A DNA stretch of 25,166 bases from a virus (taxonomy: Duplodnaviria; Caudoviricetes): positions 1 to 25,166 of IMG/VR virus record IMGVR_UViG_3300048589_001625. The stretch is one strand, 5' to 3'. Under the pieces are notes generated by a model. The model was not told where the DNA came from and searched no databases. It was given only the letters and a program-made list of their open reading frames with translations. The translations under genes were made by a program, and so were the position numbers. Of the stretch, positions 1 to 8,866 are shown one piece after another; the first letter of the stretch is position 1, and the number at the start of each line of letters is the position of its first letter.

Positions 1-33
1 CGTAGCTGCGTGTGGGTTGTTTGCGTTGGTCAT
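1..33 (-). CDS. 5' end of a hypothetical protein (MTNANNPHAAT...) running off the left edge
   Basis: ATG at 33-31 on the minus strand with a GGAGA Shine-Dalgarno about 8 nt upstream. It is preceded by the same repeat that precedes the amidoligase. Confidence 0.6.
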   Translation of the reverse strand, partial: MTNANNPHAAT

Positions 34-72
34 GTTTGTGTCTCCGTTTCGGAAAAAGGTTTGAATCGTTTA

Positions 73-155
73 CGCGATGACACACATGAGCCATGCGATT
101 TGCGAAAGCTCAAGCCGAGCGTTCAGAGATTGCGTCGGAATTCTGAATGTTTTTC
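73..155 (-). promoter_or_regulatory. Repeated upstream element, copy 1 (putative promoter)
   Basis: The 25-bp core CGCGATGACACACATGAGCCATGCG (73-97) is identical to 1231-1255. CTCAAGC and ATGTTTTTC are conserved at the same 1158-bp offset. It lies 40 nt upstream of a minus-strand ATG. Confidence 0.6.
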
Positions 156-247
156 CAACCCACCGCCAAACGCACAAAACGCGTGCAGTTGCGTCGCATT
201 CGTCCATTGGCCACTATTAGTTACATACACGAAACAGGCCCACATTG

Positions 248-304
248 ACGAAGCGTTGGCCCAATATTGCCAACGCTTCGTGGACCGAACCTCCATGTTC
301 GGTC
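248..304. terminator. Tandem hairpins downstream of the amidoligase (possible terminator or RNA stability element)
   Basis: Perfect 13-bp stem ACGAAGCGTTGGC (248-260)/GCCAACGCTTCGT (269-281) and 8-bp stem GACCGAAC (283-290)/GTTCGGTC (297-304). No clear U-tract. Confidence 0.45.
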
Positions 305-321
305 GTATGCACGATGGCGGT

Positions 322-1179
322 CTAGGCCGCGCGGTCGTATTTGCGGGCGAGCTCGAGGAGTTTGGTTTTGATCTTCTTCCATTCTGGTTTGGTTTCACTG
401 GCGATCTCTCCGTAGACCTTGTCGCGAAGGGCACCCTTGTACCAACCCTTGGTCCATCCGAGTCGGTAGAACAATCGGTTGATTTCGGTTTCACCCAGGC
501 CGGCACCAGGTCGGTCCCAGCAGCTCTTGGTGCCTTCCTTCTTGATGTAGTCCCATTCGCTGCAGCGTTTGGTATTCAGGGCGAGTTCTACCAAACCCAA
601 AACCATCATCAGGTATCCGACCACCTTGGTCTTGTTGAGTGTTCCTGCAAAAGCTCGAAACTCGATTCGGTTCTTTCCGTTCTTAAGGTGAGTGAGGTTT
701 AGCAAATGGTACCGATCCGATTCGCAGCGTGTCTTGGCGTTGTCTTTGTTGCCGTATTGTTTGAGTCGCTTTGCGTACATTATCTGTTCGCGTTTGCGGG
801 TACCGGTCGAAGCGTAGATCGCTCGTTCGTGGTTTCCGACCAAGGAAATCAATCTTGCCAAGGCGGCTGCGTCCCCGTGCCAGCTAATCGTTATGTGAAG
901 TCCACAGCTGGAATTTACTCGGCCTCCGCGAGCGTTGATCTGGTCGATCGCGTCTTCAAGTTGGCGTACGCCTTCAACCCCTTTGAGTATCGGGCTTATA
1001 AACTCGCAACCTTTGCGGCTGGCGTTCTCGGGTCGGATGCTCCCGTCGCGTTCTGCTTTCCATCCCGTTGGCAGCCAAGGTACTTGGTATCCGCTGTGGT
1101 AAGGTCCGATCGGTGTGTTGTCGGTGCCGGGGAGGGTGGTTTCGAATTCGATTCCGAAGGCGATTTCGTTTGCGTTCAT
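322..1179 (-). CDS. Putative amidoligase (Amidoligase_2 / COOH-NH2 ligase family), 285 aa
   Basis: Motifs FGIEFE, WKAERDGSI, CEFISPIL, VNSSCGLHI, RYHLLNL and RIEFRAFAGTLN. Start placed at ATG 1179 with an AGGA RBS, not at 1470 as in the ORF track. Confidence 0.85.
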   Translation of the reverse strand: MNANEIAFGIEFETTLPGTDNTPIGPYHSGYQVPWLPTGWKAERDGSIRPENASRKGCEFISPILKGVEGVRQLEDAIDQINARGGRVNSSCGLHITISWHGDAAALARLISLVGNHERAIYASTGTRKREQIMYAKRLKQYGNKDNAKTRCESDRYHLLNLTHLKNGKNRIEFRAFAGTLNKTKVVGYLMMVLGLVELALNTKRCSEWDYIKKEGTKSCWDRPGAGLGETEINRLFYRLGWTKGWYKGALRDKVYGEIASETKPEWKKIKTKLLELARKYDRAA

Positions 1180-1230
1180 CGTTGCGTTCCTAGTTGGCTG
1201 GAGGTGTGTTTTGCGTCGCGTTTTCTGCGT

Positions 1231-1313
1231 CGCGATGACACACATGAGCCATGCGTTTCGAGGAACCTCAAGCGAAGTCTTGCATGTTTTTCCCAGTAAT
1301 TTCCATGTTTTTC
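1231..1313 (-). promoter_or_regulatory. Repeated upstream element, copy 2 (putative promoter of the amidoligase)
   Basis: Matches 73-155. The minus strand reads TTGAGG-17 nt-CTCATG. It lies 52 nt upstream of the amidoligase ATG. Confidence 0.6.
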
Positions 1314-1453
1314 GAGAGGCCACCGGTGCCCCAACATTACGCCACCGTCGCGTCCAAATATGCTCCGCGTAACCAGGCGAACATGCGAACAGAACGCGAC
1401 GTTGCGCAAACGGTGACCCAACGTTTCGAGATGCCCAACTACGGAGGAATGCG

Positions 1454-1660
1454 ATGAGTGAAGGAAACAACCAGGTCGATCCGACGAGGCTCTCGGTCGA
1501 GCAGGCGGCGAAGCTGCTGGCGGCTGCCTATCGCGAACGCATCGAGCCAGAGAAGATCCGACTGGACCTACAAAATGGTGCGCCGGTGAACGTCGACGGG
1601 ACGATCAACCTCGTGCATTACAGCGCATGGCAAGCAAAGGAGATGGGACGTGGCGAGTGA
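1454..1660 (+). CDS. Small Nu1-like winged-HTH protein, putative terminase small subunit DNA-binding module, 68 aa
   Basis: GGAGGA RBS and overlap with the terminase start. The pattern L-x-V-x-x-A-A-K-L-L...G-A-P-V...N-L...A-W resembles the lambda Nu1 DNA-binding domain. Confidence 0.6.
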   Translation: MSEGNNQVDPTRLSVEQAAKLLAAAYRERIEPEKIRLDLQNGAPVNVDGTINLVHYSAWQAKEMGRGE

Positions 1661-3920
1661 TCCGAGGAAACTAAAGCCAAGCGAGCTATGCCGACTGCTC
1701 AACTCGACACCGCTAGGCGAGGTGATCAGCGAACGGCAATTGTATCGGCATCGACAACGCGCCGGCGCGCGTATTGGCGACAACAAGACCGTTGATCTTC
1801 TTCGCTATTGTGCTTGGATGCATCTCGTCCGACACACGCCTCGTCCGACAAACGGTGTCGATCCATACGATGCGATGAAAGAGCGAGCGCGTGCTCGCAA
1901 CGCGGCGCTGGCACTTGCGGGTCGCGACATTGGTGAACTGCCTGAAGTCGACAATGCCGATCGCAAAGATCGCGCGTCGCGTGACTTTCGATACTTTTGC
2001 GAAACGTATTTTCCATTGACGTTTCATCTCGCGTGGTCGCCGGACCATATCAAGGTCATGGATAAAATTGAGCAAGCCGTTGTCCATGGGGGATTGTTTG
2101 CGTTAGCGATGGCGCGAGGCAGTGGGAAGTCGTCGATCGCCGAAGTCGCTTGCATTTGGGCTGTTCTCTATGGGCATCGCAACTTCGTTTGTTTGATCGG
2201 CAGCGATGAAGGTCACGCGTGCGATATGCTCGACTCGATCAAAACCGAACTCGATAGCAATGAGCTGCTGCTGGCAGATTTCCCTGAGGTTTGCTTTCCA
2301 ATCCAGGCCCTCGATGGAATCTCGAATCGCGCCAATGGGCAGCTCTACAAAGGCAAACGCACGCAGATTGGTTGGACCGCGAAAGAGGTTGTACTACCCA
2401 CGATCGATGGTAGCAGTGCCAGCGGCGCAATCATCAAGGTTGCCGGCTTGACTGGTCGCATCCGAGGTATGAAGTTCAAACGTCCCGACGGTAGAACGGT
2501 GCGTCCGAGTCTCGTTGTCCTTGACGATCCACAAACGGATGAATCGGCTCGGTCGCTTTCACAATGCGCAAATCGCGAGAGTATTCTCGCCGGTGCTGTT
2601 CTTGGTTTGGCAGGACCAGGCAAGAAGATCTCCGGCATCATGCCCTGCACCGTAATTCGTCCGAGTGACATGGCCGACAGTATCCTTGATCGCAATCGCC
2701 ATCCCGAATGGAATGGCGAACGCACCAAGATGGTCTATGCGTTCCCCAAGAACGAAACGCTGTGGGAACGCTACGCCGAGATCCGCGCCGAAGGGATGCG
2801 GAACGGCGATGGTGGTGAAGCGGCCACCGAGTTTTATCGGCAGAACCAAGCGGCGATGGACGAGGGTGCTGTTATCGCCTGGCAGGAGCGTTACAACTAC
2901 GACGAGCTCTCTGCGATCCAACATGCGATGAATCTCAAGTTGCAAGACGAGGCGGCGTTCTTTGCAGAGTATCAAAACCAACCGCTGCCAGCAGAGACGG
3001 TCGTCGATGGGATGCTTAAACCTGAAGAGGTCGCGAGCAAGATCAACCGCATGGATCGTGGTCTGGTATCGATTGGCGCAAATCACCTCACCGCATTTAT
3101 CGACGTCCAGCAGAAGTTGCTCTTCTATGTGGTCACCGCTTGGGAGGACGATTTCACGGGTTATGTTCTCGACTATGGTTGTTACCCCGACCAGCAGCGT
3201 CCGTATTTCACGCTGCGCGAGGCTCGCCAGACGCTGAGTTCCGAAGCCATTGGAACCGGACTCGAGGGATCGATCTACGCCGGCCTTGAATCGATGACTT
3301 CAAAGCTACTCGATCGCGAGTGGCAAAGGGACGATGGCGCTGCGATGAAGATCGGTCGCTGTTTGATCGACGCTAACTGGGGACAGTCGACTGATGTGGT
3401 CTACCAATTTTGTCGGCAGTCGAAGCACGCCGCTGTGATCATTCCAAGTCACGGCCGGTTTGTTGGGGCATCAAGTCTTCCGTTCAGCGAGTATCGACGC
3501 CGGCCTGGCGATCGCGTGGGACTCAATTGGCGTATCCCCAATGTTCATGGCAAACGGGCGATCCGCCACGTGGTCTACGACACCAACTGGTGGAAGTCGT
3601 TCGTCAACGCCCGCCTTCGCGTATCTATGGGCGATCGAGGGTGCCTGTCGCTCTTCGGTACCAACGCCGAAACGCATCGAATGCTGTCGGAGCATTTGAC
3701 CTCGGAGTACTACATCAAGACTGAGGCCCGAGCACGAAGCGTGGACGAATGGAAACAGCGTCCCGAACAGCCAGATAACCACTGGTTTGACTGCTTGGTT
3801 GGTTCCGCGGTTGCCGCATCCATGCAAGGTGTGATTTTGCCAGGCATCGAAGGGGCGTCAGAGATCCGGAAGGAACGCATGAGCTTTACCGAGATGCAAA
3901 AACGACGGCGTACCAAATAA
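1650..3920 (+). CDS. terL: Terminase large subunit, lambda GpA family, 756 aa
   Basis: Walker A LAMARGSGKSS, Walker B LVVLDD, and GpA-type nuclease motifs FIDVQ, CLIDANWG and DNHWFDC. GTG start with AAGGAG RBS, upstream of the portal. Confidence 0.92.
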   Translation: MASDPRKLKPSELCRLLNSTPLGEVISERQLYRHRQRAGARIGDNKTVDLLRYCAWMHLVRHTPRPTNGVDPYDAMKERARARNAALALAGRDIGELPEVDNADRKDRASRDFRYFCETYFPLTFHLAWSPDHIKVMDKIEQAVVHGGLFALAMARGSGKSSIAEVACIWAVLYGHRNFVCLIGSDEGHACDMLDSIKTELDSNELLLADFPEVCFPIQALDGISNRANGQLYKGKRTQIGWTAKEVVLPTIDGSSASGAIIKVAGLTGRIRGMKFKRPDGRTVRPSLVVLDDPQTDESARSLSQCANRESILAGAVLGLAGPGKKISGIMPCTVIRPSDMADSILDRNRHPEWNGERTKMVYAFPKNETLWERYAEIRAEGMRNGDGGEAATEFYRQNQAAMDEGAVIAWQERYNYDELSAIQHAMNLKLQDEAAFFAEYQNQPLPAETVVDGMLKPEEVASKINRMDRGLVSIGANHLTAFIDVQQKLLFYVVTAWEDDFTGYVLDYGCYPDQQRPYFTLREARQTLSSEAIGTGLEGSIYAGLESMTSKLLDREWQRDDGAAMKIGRCLIDANWGQSTDVVYQFCRQSKHAAVIIPSHGRFVGASSLPFSEYRRRPGDRVGLNWRIPNVHGKRAIRHVVYDTNWWKSFVNARLRVSMGDRGCLSLFGTNAETHRMLSEHLTSEYYIKTEARARSVDEWKQRPEQPDNHWFDCLVGSAVAASMQGVILPGIEGASEIRKERMSFTEMQKRRRTK

Positions 3921-4030
3921 CTTCCAAACATGATTCGAAAAAATCTTCTTGCTTCTCCGTCAATCTACATGGGTACCGGGTATTCCTACAGATAGAAGAC
4001 CACTTCTTCATTCTTAGGAAGGCCGCTGGC

Positions 4031-4228
4031 ATGTCAGATAACTTGCAAGAGACGATTCGCGAAAGTGCGAAAGCACCCGCAAAGGCATCAGGAGATGCTG
4101 GGAGCGTTGAGCAGCATAAGCTCACCGAGCAGATCGCTGCTGACAAGTATCTGGCGTCCAAGGCAGCTGCCTCTCAACCGAAGCGTGGTCTTCGTTTCAA
4201 CAAGCTCGTGCCACCTGGTGCGGACTAA
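4031..4228 (+). CDS. Putative head completion protein (gpW-like), 65 aa
   Basis: Size and position between terminase and portal match lambda gpW. Basic C-terminus. Confidence 0.55.
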   Translation: MSDNLQETIRESAKAPAKASGDAGSVEQHKLTEQIAADKYLASKAAASQPKRGLRFNKLVPPGAD

Positions 4229-4301
4229 TCGGTTCGCACTTGATTCGAGCTTGTTTCTATAGGCAGGGGTGTCGGGTTTCATAGTAGGGATTGATTCACG
4301 G

Positions 4302-5777
4302 ATGTTTAAATTGTTGTCAGGGATTCTGAGCAAGGGGAGCGATCGCAAAGATCGATCGCTCGTCCGTGGACGCTCGGCCCGGCACCCCTTTTCGCTGGCG
4401 AGATTGCTGGGGCGCTACGACGCGGCGACCACCACGGTCGATAACGTTCGCCACTGGGCGGCCGCTGATGGACTATCGGCCAGCGCGGCCAATAGCCCCG
4501 AGGTGCGCCGCACGCTACGCAACCGTTCGCGATATGAGGTCGCGAACAATTCTTATGCTCGCGGCATCTCGCTGACTCTAGCCAACGACTGCGTTGGTAC
4601 CGGACCTCGATTGCAAATGCTGACGGCCGATGCGTTTGCCAACCGTTTCGTCGAACAGGAGTTCTTTGCGTGGGCCGATGCAGTCGGCCTTGCCGAGAAG
4701 CTACGCACCATGCGGCTGGCTCGTGTATCGGATGGTGAATCGTTTGGTTTGTTAACCAACAACCCAAGGATTGACTCGCCGGTTCAACTTGATTTGAAGC
4801 TGATCGAGGCCGAACAGGTCACATCGCCAATCTTGGCCCTCGATAGTTATCGCTATCTCGACGGCATTCGCTTCGATGAACATGGCAATGCCATTTCGTA
4901 TGACGTTCTGCGAGAGCATCCTGGGGATGATGCGTTCTCGTTGACCGAGAACTATGACACCATTGACGCCAGTTCCATCCTCCATTTCTTCCGCTGCGAT
5001 CGCCCCGGGCAGATTCGTGGTATTCCGGACATCACGCCGGCGCTGCCACTGTTTGCACAACTGCGTCGATTCACGCTGGCAGTGTTAGCGGCTGCCGAAA
5101 CAGCCGCTGATTTCGCTGGGATTCTTTACACCGACGCGCCGGCGGGTGGCGAAGCGGATGCAGCTGAACCATTCGAGCCGATCGAACTGGAGAAGCGAGC
5201 TCTGCTGACGATGCCCGGCGGGTGGAAGATGGCTCAGATGCATGCTGAGCAACCAGCCACGACGTACGCCGAGTTCAAACGTGAGATTCTCAACGAAATC
5301 GCACGCTGTTTGAACATGCCCTTCAACGTGGCTGCTGGTAATTCATCGGGCTACAACTACGCCTCCGGGCGACTCGATCACCAAACCTACTTCAAGTCGA
5401 TCCGTGTCGAGCAGTCGCAAATGGCTCGCACCGTTCTGGATCGCATTCTGTATGCATGGCTGCGTGAGGCGATTCTCATCGAAGGCTATCTGCCTAACTC
5501 GCTTCGCACTCTCGACTCGTCGTTCGAGCATCAATGGTTCTGGGATGGGCATGAACATGTCGATCCCGCCAAAGAAGCCAATGCCCAGAAAATCCGCCTC
5601 GCCAATCATACGACAACTCTGGCCCATGAATACGCGCGGCAGGGGCGTGATTGGGAGGCGGAACTTAAACAACGCGCGAAAGAAGTCTCGCTCATGCGCG
5701 AGCTAGGGCTCTCGATCGAATCAAATTCACTTTCTCCAGGAGAGGTAACGGATGACGAAGACATTGCAGTCAAATAA
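4302..5777 (+). CDS. Portal protein, lambda gpB family
   Basis: Motifs YDAA, LRNRSRYEVANN, VGTGPRLQ, DGESF, RPGQIRGIP, NYASGRLD and HVDPAKEA. ATG at 4302 with AGGGA RBS; alternative GTG start at 4269. Confidence 0.92.
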   Translation: MFKLLSGILSKGSDRKDRSLVRGRSARHPFSLARLLGRYDAATTTVDNVRHWAAADGLSASAANSPEVRRTLRNRSRYEVANNSYARGISLTLANDCVGTGPRLQMLTADAFANRFVEQEFFAWADAVGLAEKLRTMRLARVSDGESFGLLTNNPRIDSPVQLDLKLIEAEQVTSPILALDSYRYLDGIRFDEHGNAISYDVLREHPGDDAFSLTENYDTIDASSILHFFRCDRPGQIRGIPDITPALPLFAQLRRFTLAVLAAAETAADFAGILYTDAPAGGEADAAEPFEPIELEKRALLTMPGGWKMAQMHAEQPATTYAEFKREILNEIARCLNMPFNVAAGNSSGYNYASGRLDHQTYFKSIRVEQSQMARTVLDRILYAWLREAILIEGYLPNSLRTLDSSFEHQWFWDGHEHVDPAKEANAQKIRLANHTTTLAHEYARQGRDWEAELKQRAKEVSLMRELGLSIESNSLSPGEVTDDEDIAVK

Positions 5778-7785
5778 GCAGAGTGAAGTGGAGGCCGAAT
5801 CGGTACCCAGCTCGCTGCGAATCGTTTGTGACGATGCCAGTTCGATCAATTTGCAAGCGGCCGAACCGGTCGAAGAAGGCAAGCCCGCGCTGCGCAAATT
5901 CTCGATGGTCGCTTATACCGGAGGCGCGATGCGTCTCGGTGGCTGGCCATATCCTGTGGTCGTTGACCTGGCGGGCATGCGAGTGACGCGCAAGTCGCGC
6001 CCGATTCTCAAGGACCACGATCGCGGAAGCATCGTTGGTCATACCGACGACATCATGGTTAGCGACAGCCGACTGGAAGTCGCCGGCGTGATCTCGGGCG
6101 TTGGTTCGACTGCTCAAGAAGTCATCGCCACCAGCGAGAACGGATTTCCTTGGCAGGCATCTCTTGGCGCGAACGCAGACAAGGTTGTCTTCATTCCTGA
6201 AGGTAAGACTGCGACCGCTAACAATCGCGAATTCAAAGGCCCCGTCTACATCGCTCGCAAGTCGACGCTGGGCGAAGTGTCGTTCGTGGCTCTTGGTGCC
6301 GACGATGACACCGAGGCTCGAATCGCAGCTGGCCAAGCAGGCGATGACGAGGAACTCGATAACGAACAGCCGGATGGCGACACTACCGAGTCCGATGATT
6401 CGGAGCTTGAACCCGTAAACGCCAGCCTTGACCTGGGTAGCAAGCCCAAGCGTCCTGTCACCAGTGGAGTTGTTACCAAGATGCGCATCGAAGCCGCTGC
6501 TGAATCAAAACGAATCTCCGGCATCCGCAAGGTCTGCGCTGGCAAACATTCCGAGATTGAAGCTCGCGCTATCGAGGAAGGCTGGAGTGTCACCAAAACG
6601 GAGTTGGCAGTGCTACGAATCGAACGACCAAAGGCTCCTGATCAGCAGGCAAGCCAACCGATGTACCGGCGCGAAGTCCTCGAAGCGGCCTGTTGCTTAT
6701 CGGTCGGACTCGATGAAACCAAGCTGCTCAAAGCTTACGGCGAGCGAACGCTCAACTCGGCCGATCCGCTTCGGCACATTGGCTTGCGTGAACTTGTCGC
6801 TGAATGCGCGCGATTGGAGGGCCACGACATTCCGCGCGTGTTCGGCGACGGTACTGCAACGATTCGCGCCGGCTTCTCAACGATGTCGCTACCTGGCATC
6901 CTCGAGAACGTTATGAACAAGACGCTCTTGTCTGCCTACGAGTCGACACCGATCGCTGCGTTTGATTTGTGCAGCATCGGAACTGTGAGCGACTTCAAGG
7001 AGATCTCTCGTTACCGATTGCTCGGTACCGGGGGCTTCGAGAAGGTCGCGCCCGACGGTGAATTGAAGCATGGCAAGCTCTCCGACCAAAAGTACAGCAA
7101 CAAGGCTGATACTTACGGTCAGATCCTTGCACTGACGCGCCATGACATCATCAACGACGATCTCAACGCGTTCATGGACATCCCTCGTCAAATGGGACGC
7201 AGTGGTGCTGAGTCGATTGACGAGCTGTTCTTCACGCTTCTATTGAAGAACACCGCGTTCTTCTCCTCGGCCAATGGCAACTTGCTCTCTGGTCCCGACA
7301 CCAAGTTCGGCCCAGAGTCGCTGACTATTGCCAAGACCACCTTCCGCAAACAGAAAGCCGGCCCAGGTAACAAAGCCAAGGACCAAAAGCCGATCAACAT
7401 CCGGCCTGAATTCCTGGTCGTTCCTGTGGAACTTGAAACCGACGCCGAACTGCTGATGGGTTCTGCCCAATTGATGATCGATGCCTCTGGTTCGCCGACC
7501 AAGATCCCGGTCGACAACCCGCACCGCAACAAGTATCGCGTCATTTCAACGCCGCACTTGTCGGATAGTTACTACCAGGGAGCCAGCGGTTCGGCTTGGT
7601 ATCTGTTCGCCAATCCCAATGTGCTGCCAGCGTTTGAGATCGTGTTCCTCAATGGCCGACGCACGCCTGTGATCGAGCGTGTTGAAATGCCTCCGAACAC
7701 ACTCGGTATGGGCTTCCGCTCTTACATCGACTTCGGCGTGAACTCGCAAGACGCTCGTGCCGCTGTGAAGGTCACCGGCGAATAG
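5752..7785 (+). CDS. Prohead protease-major capsid protein fusion (HK97-fold, Mu gpT-like capsid domain), 677 aa
   Basis: N-terminal prohead protease motifs (ILKDHD..VG, WQASLG, LGEVSFVALGAD), then an acidic linker, then capsid motifs (VSDFK, GELKHG, TYGQILALTRHDIINDDL, PEFLVVP, FLNG...P.IE, IDFG). Confidence 0.88.
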   Translation: MTKTLQSNKQSEVEAESVPSSLRIVCDDASSINLQAAEPVEEGKPALRKFSMVAYTGGAMRLGGWPYPVVVDLAGMRVTRKSRPILKDHDRGSIVGHTDDIMVSDSRLEVAGVISGVGSTAQEVIATSENGFPWQASLGANADKVVFIPEGKTATANNREFKGPVYIARKSTLGEVSFVALGADDDTEARIAAGQAGDDEELDNEQPDGDTTESDDSELEPVNASLDLGSKPKRPVTSGVVTKMRIEAAAESKRISGIRKVCAGKHSEIEARAIEEGWSVTKTELAVLRIERPKAPDQQASQPMYRREVLEAACCLSVGLDETKLLKAYGERTLNSADPLRHIGLRELVAECARLEGHDIPRVFGDGTATIRAGFSTMSLPGILENVMNKTLLSAYESTPIAAFDLCSIGTVSDFKEISRYRLLGTGGFEKVAPDGELKHGKLSDQKYSNKADTYGQILALTRHDIINDDLNAFMDIPRQMGRSGAESIDELFFTLLLKNTAFFSSANGNLLSGPDTKFGPESLTIAKTTFRKQKAGPGNKAKDQKPINIRPEFLVVPVELETDAELLMGSAQLMIDASGSPTKIPVDNPHRNKYRVISTPHLSDSYYQGASGSAWYLFANPNVLPAFEIVFLNGRRTPVIERVEMPPNTLGMGFRSYIDFGVNSQDARAAVKVTGE

Positions 7786-7842
7786 TCGGCAGTTCTTTCG
7801 TTCATCGCCAAACTTCCCTTCGTTCCCAGGACCGATCATTTA

Positions 7843-8172
7843 ATGCAAGCTCAATTCGTCCATGACGGTAAGGCCGTCGATTTCACACCCACTGTTGATG
7901 TTTCCGTTGGATCAATTGTGATCCAAGGCGACTTGGTGGGGATTACCAAGCGCGACATCAAGGCCGGTGCACTCGGCTCGATCGCTGTGGAAGGTGTCTT
8001 TGACATTCCCAAGGACCCGGCTCTGGCTGTCGAGTTTGAAGCGGGCACCAAGGTTTACGTCGACGAGGACGGCGCGGTGGTCGCTGACGATGTTGGCACC
8101 GTGTATCTCGGCAAAGTCGTTAACGACGCTGCCGATACTGATTCCTTCGTCCGCGTTCGCCTGAGCCAGTGA
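7843..8172 (+). CDS. DUF2190 family capsid cement/decoration protein, paralog 1, 109 aa
   Basis: Motifs FVHDG..VDFT, GDLVGI..DIKAG..G.IAVEGVFDIPK, G.KVY and VRVRL. Directly after the capsid gene. Confidence 0.85.
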   Translation: MQAQFVHDGKAVDFTPTVDVSVGSIVIQGDLVGITKRDIKAGALGSIAVEGVFDIPKDPALAVEFEAGTKVYVDEDGAVVADDVGTVYLGKVVNDAADTDSFVRVRLSQ

Positions 8173-8181
8173 TGAGACACC

Positions 8182-8535
8182 GTGAGCAACAACGCACAAA
8201 TCATAAATGCAGGAGCCATCTTCGTCGCGGATGGTAACACCTTGCCGATCGTCCCCGAGTCCGACGTGGCCGCTGGTTCAGTGGTTGTCGTCGACCGGCT
8301 TGTGGGTATCGCAAAGTTTGGGATTAGTGCGGGCTCACGGGGAAGCATCACAGTTCGTGGCGTCTTCGATGTCGTAAAAGACCCAACGACCAACATTCCT
8401 GCTGGAACGATCCTTTACTGGTCGCAGATCAGCTGGCATGTGGTCAAGAACGCATACGCCCATTCAATGATCGGCAAAGCCATTGAGGCCGCGCCGCCCG
8501 GCACACTCACAGTCCGTTTACGTTTGAGTCAATAG
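8182..8535 (+). CDS. DUF2190 family capsid cement/decoration protein, paralog 2, 117 aa
   Basis: Motifs FVADG, DVAAGSVVVV..LVGIA, G.ITVRGVFDVVKDP, G.ILYW, IGKA and VRLRLSQ. Clearly homologous to the preceding ORF. Confidence 0.82.
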   Translation: MSNNAQIINAGAIFVADGNTLPIVPESDVAAGSVVVVDRLVGIAKFGISAGSRGSITVRGVFDVVKDPTTNIPAGTILYWSQISWHVVKNAYAHSMIGKAIEAAPPGTLTVRLRLSQ

Positions 8536-8865
8536 ATGATGAGTTCAATCGCGAAAGTAACAATCGATCGAGCTCGCACAACCCAGCCCTTGCGAATGGC
8601 CAATGGTCTAGTCAGCCAATGGCTCTCGGTCGGCGAGTTTCGAAGTTGCTTTTGCGTGGCAAGTCAATCCGTTCCCTCGGCGTGGATCATTGAAGGCGTT
8701 TTACCCAATGGTGAGAGCGTACAACTCGCCAATTACGAAGCCGATTTGTTTGATCCAGCTAATCCACGCTACGTCACGATGAAGGCCATGTGTGGGCTGC
8801 CAATTCGATTCGTTGCGGCTACGTCTCAAACGAACTCGCGACTGTGGGTGGTATTCAAGAGTTAG
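8536..8865 (+). CDS. Hypothetical phage protein, 109 aa (beta-rich)
   Basis: Abuts the previous stop and fills the operon. No motif recognised. Confidence 0.6.
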   Translation: MMSSIAKVTIDRARTTQPLRMANGLVSQWLSVGEFRSCFCVASQSVPSAWIIEGVLPNGESVQLANYEADLFDPANPRYVTMKAMCGLPIRFVAATSQTNSRLWVVFKS

Positions 8866-8866
8866 C

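Noticed and set aside
123-506. Minus-strand 127-aa ORF
   Set aside because: It overlaps the amidoligase in another frame and runs through the hairpins and promoter repeat, with no recognisable protein features.
73-1255. 25-bp direct repeat as a CRISPR repeat or att site
   Set aside because: There are only two copies 1158 bp apart, with no spacer array, cas genes or integrase. Position upstream of genes fits a promoter better.
10-1299. Plus-strand ORFs 10-702 and 706-1299
   Set aside because: They are antisense shadows of the amidoligase and its regulatory repeats, with no motifs or RBS.
3921-4030. AT-richer gap after the terminase as a late promoter or cos site
   Set aside because: No convincing -35/-10 pair, hairpin or repeat could be identified by eye.
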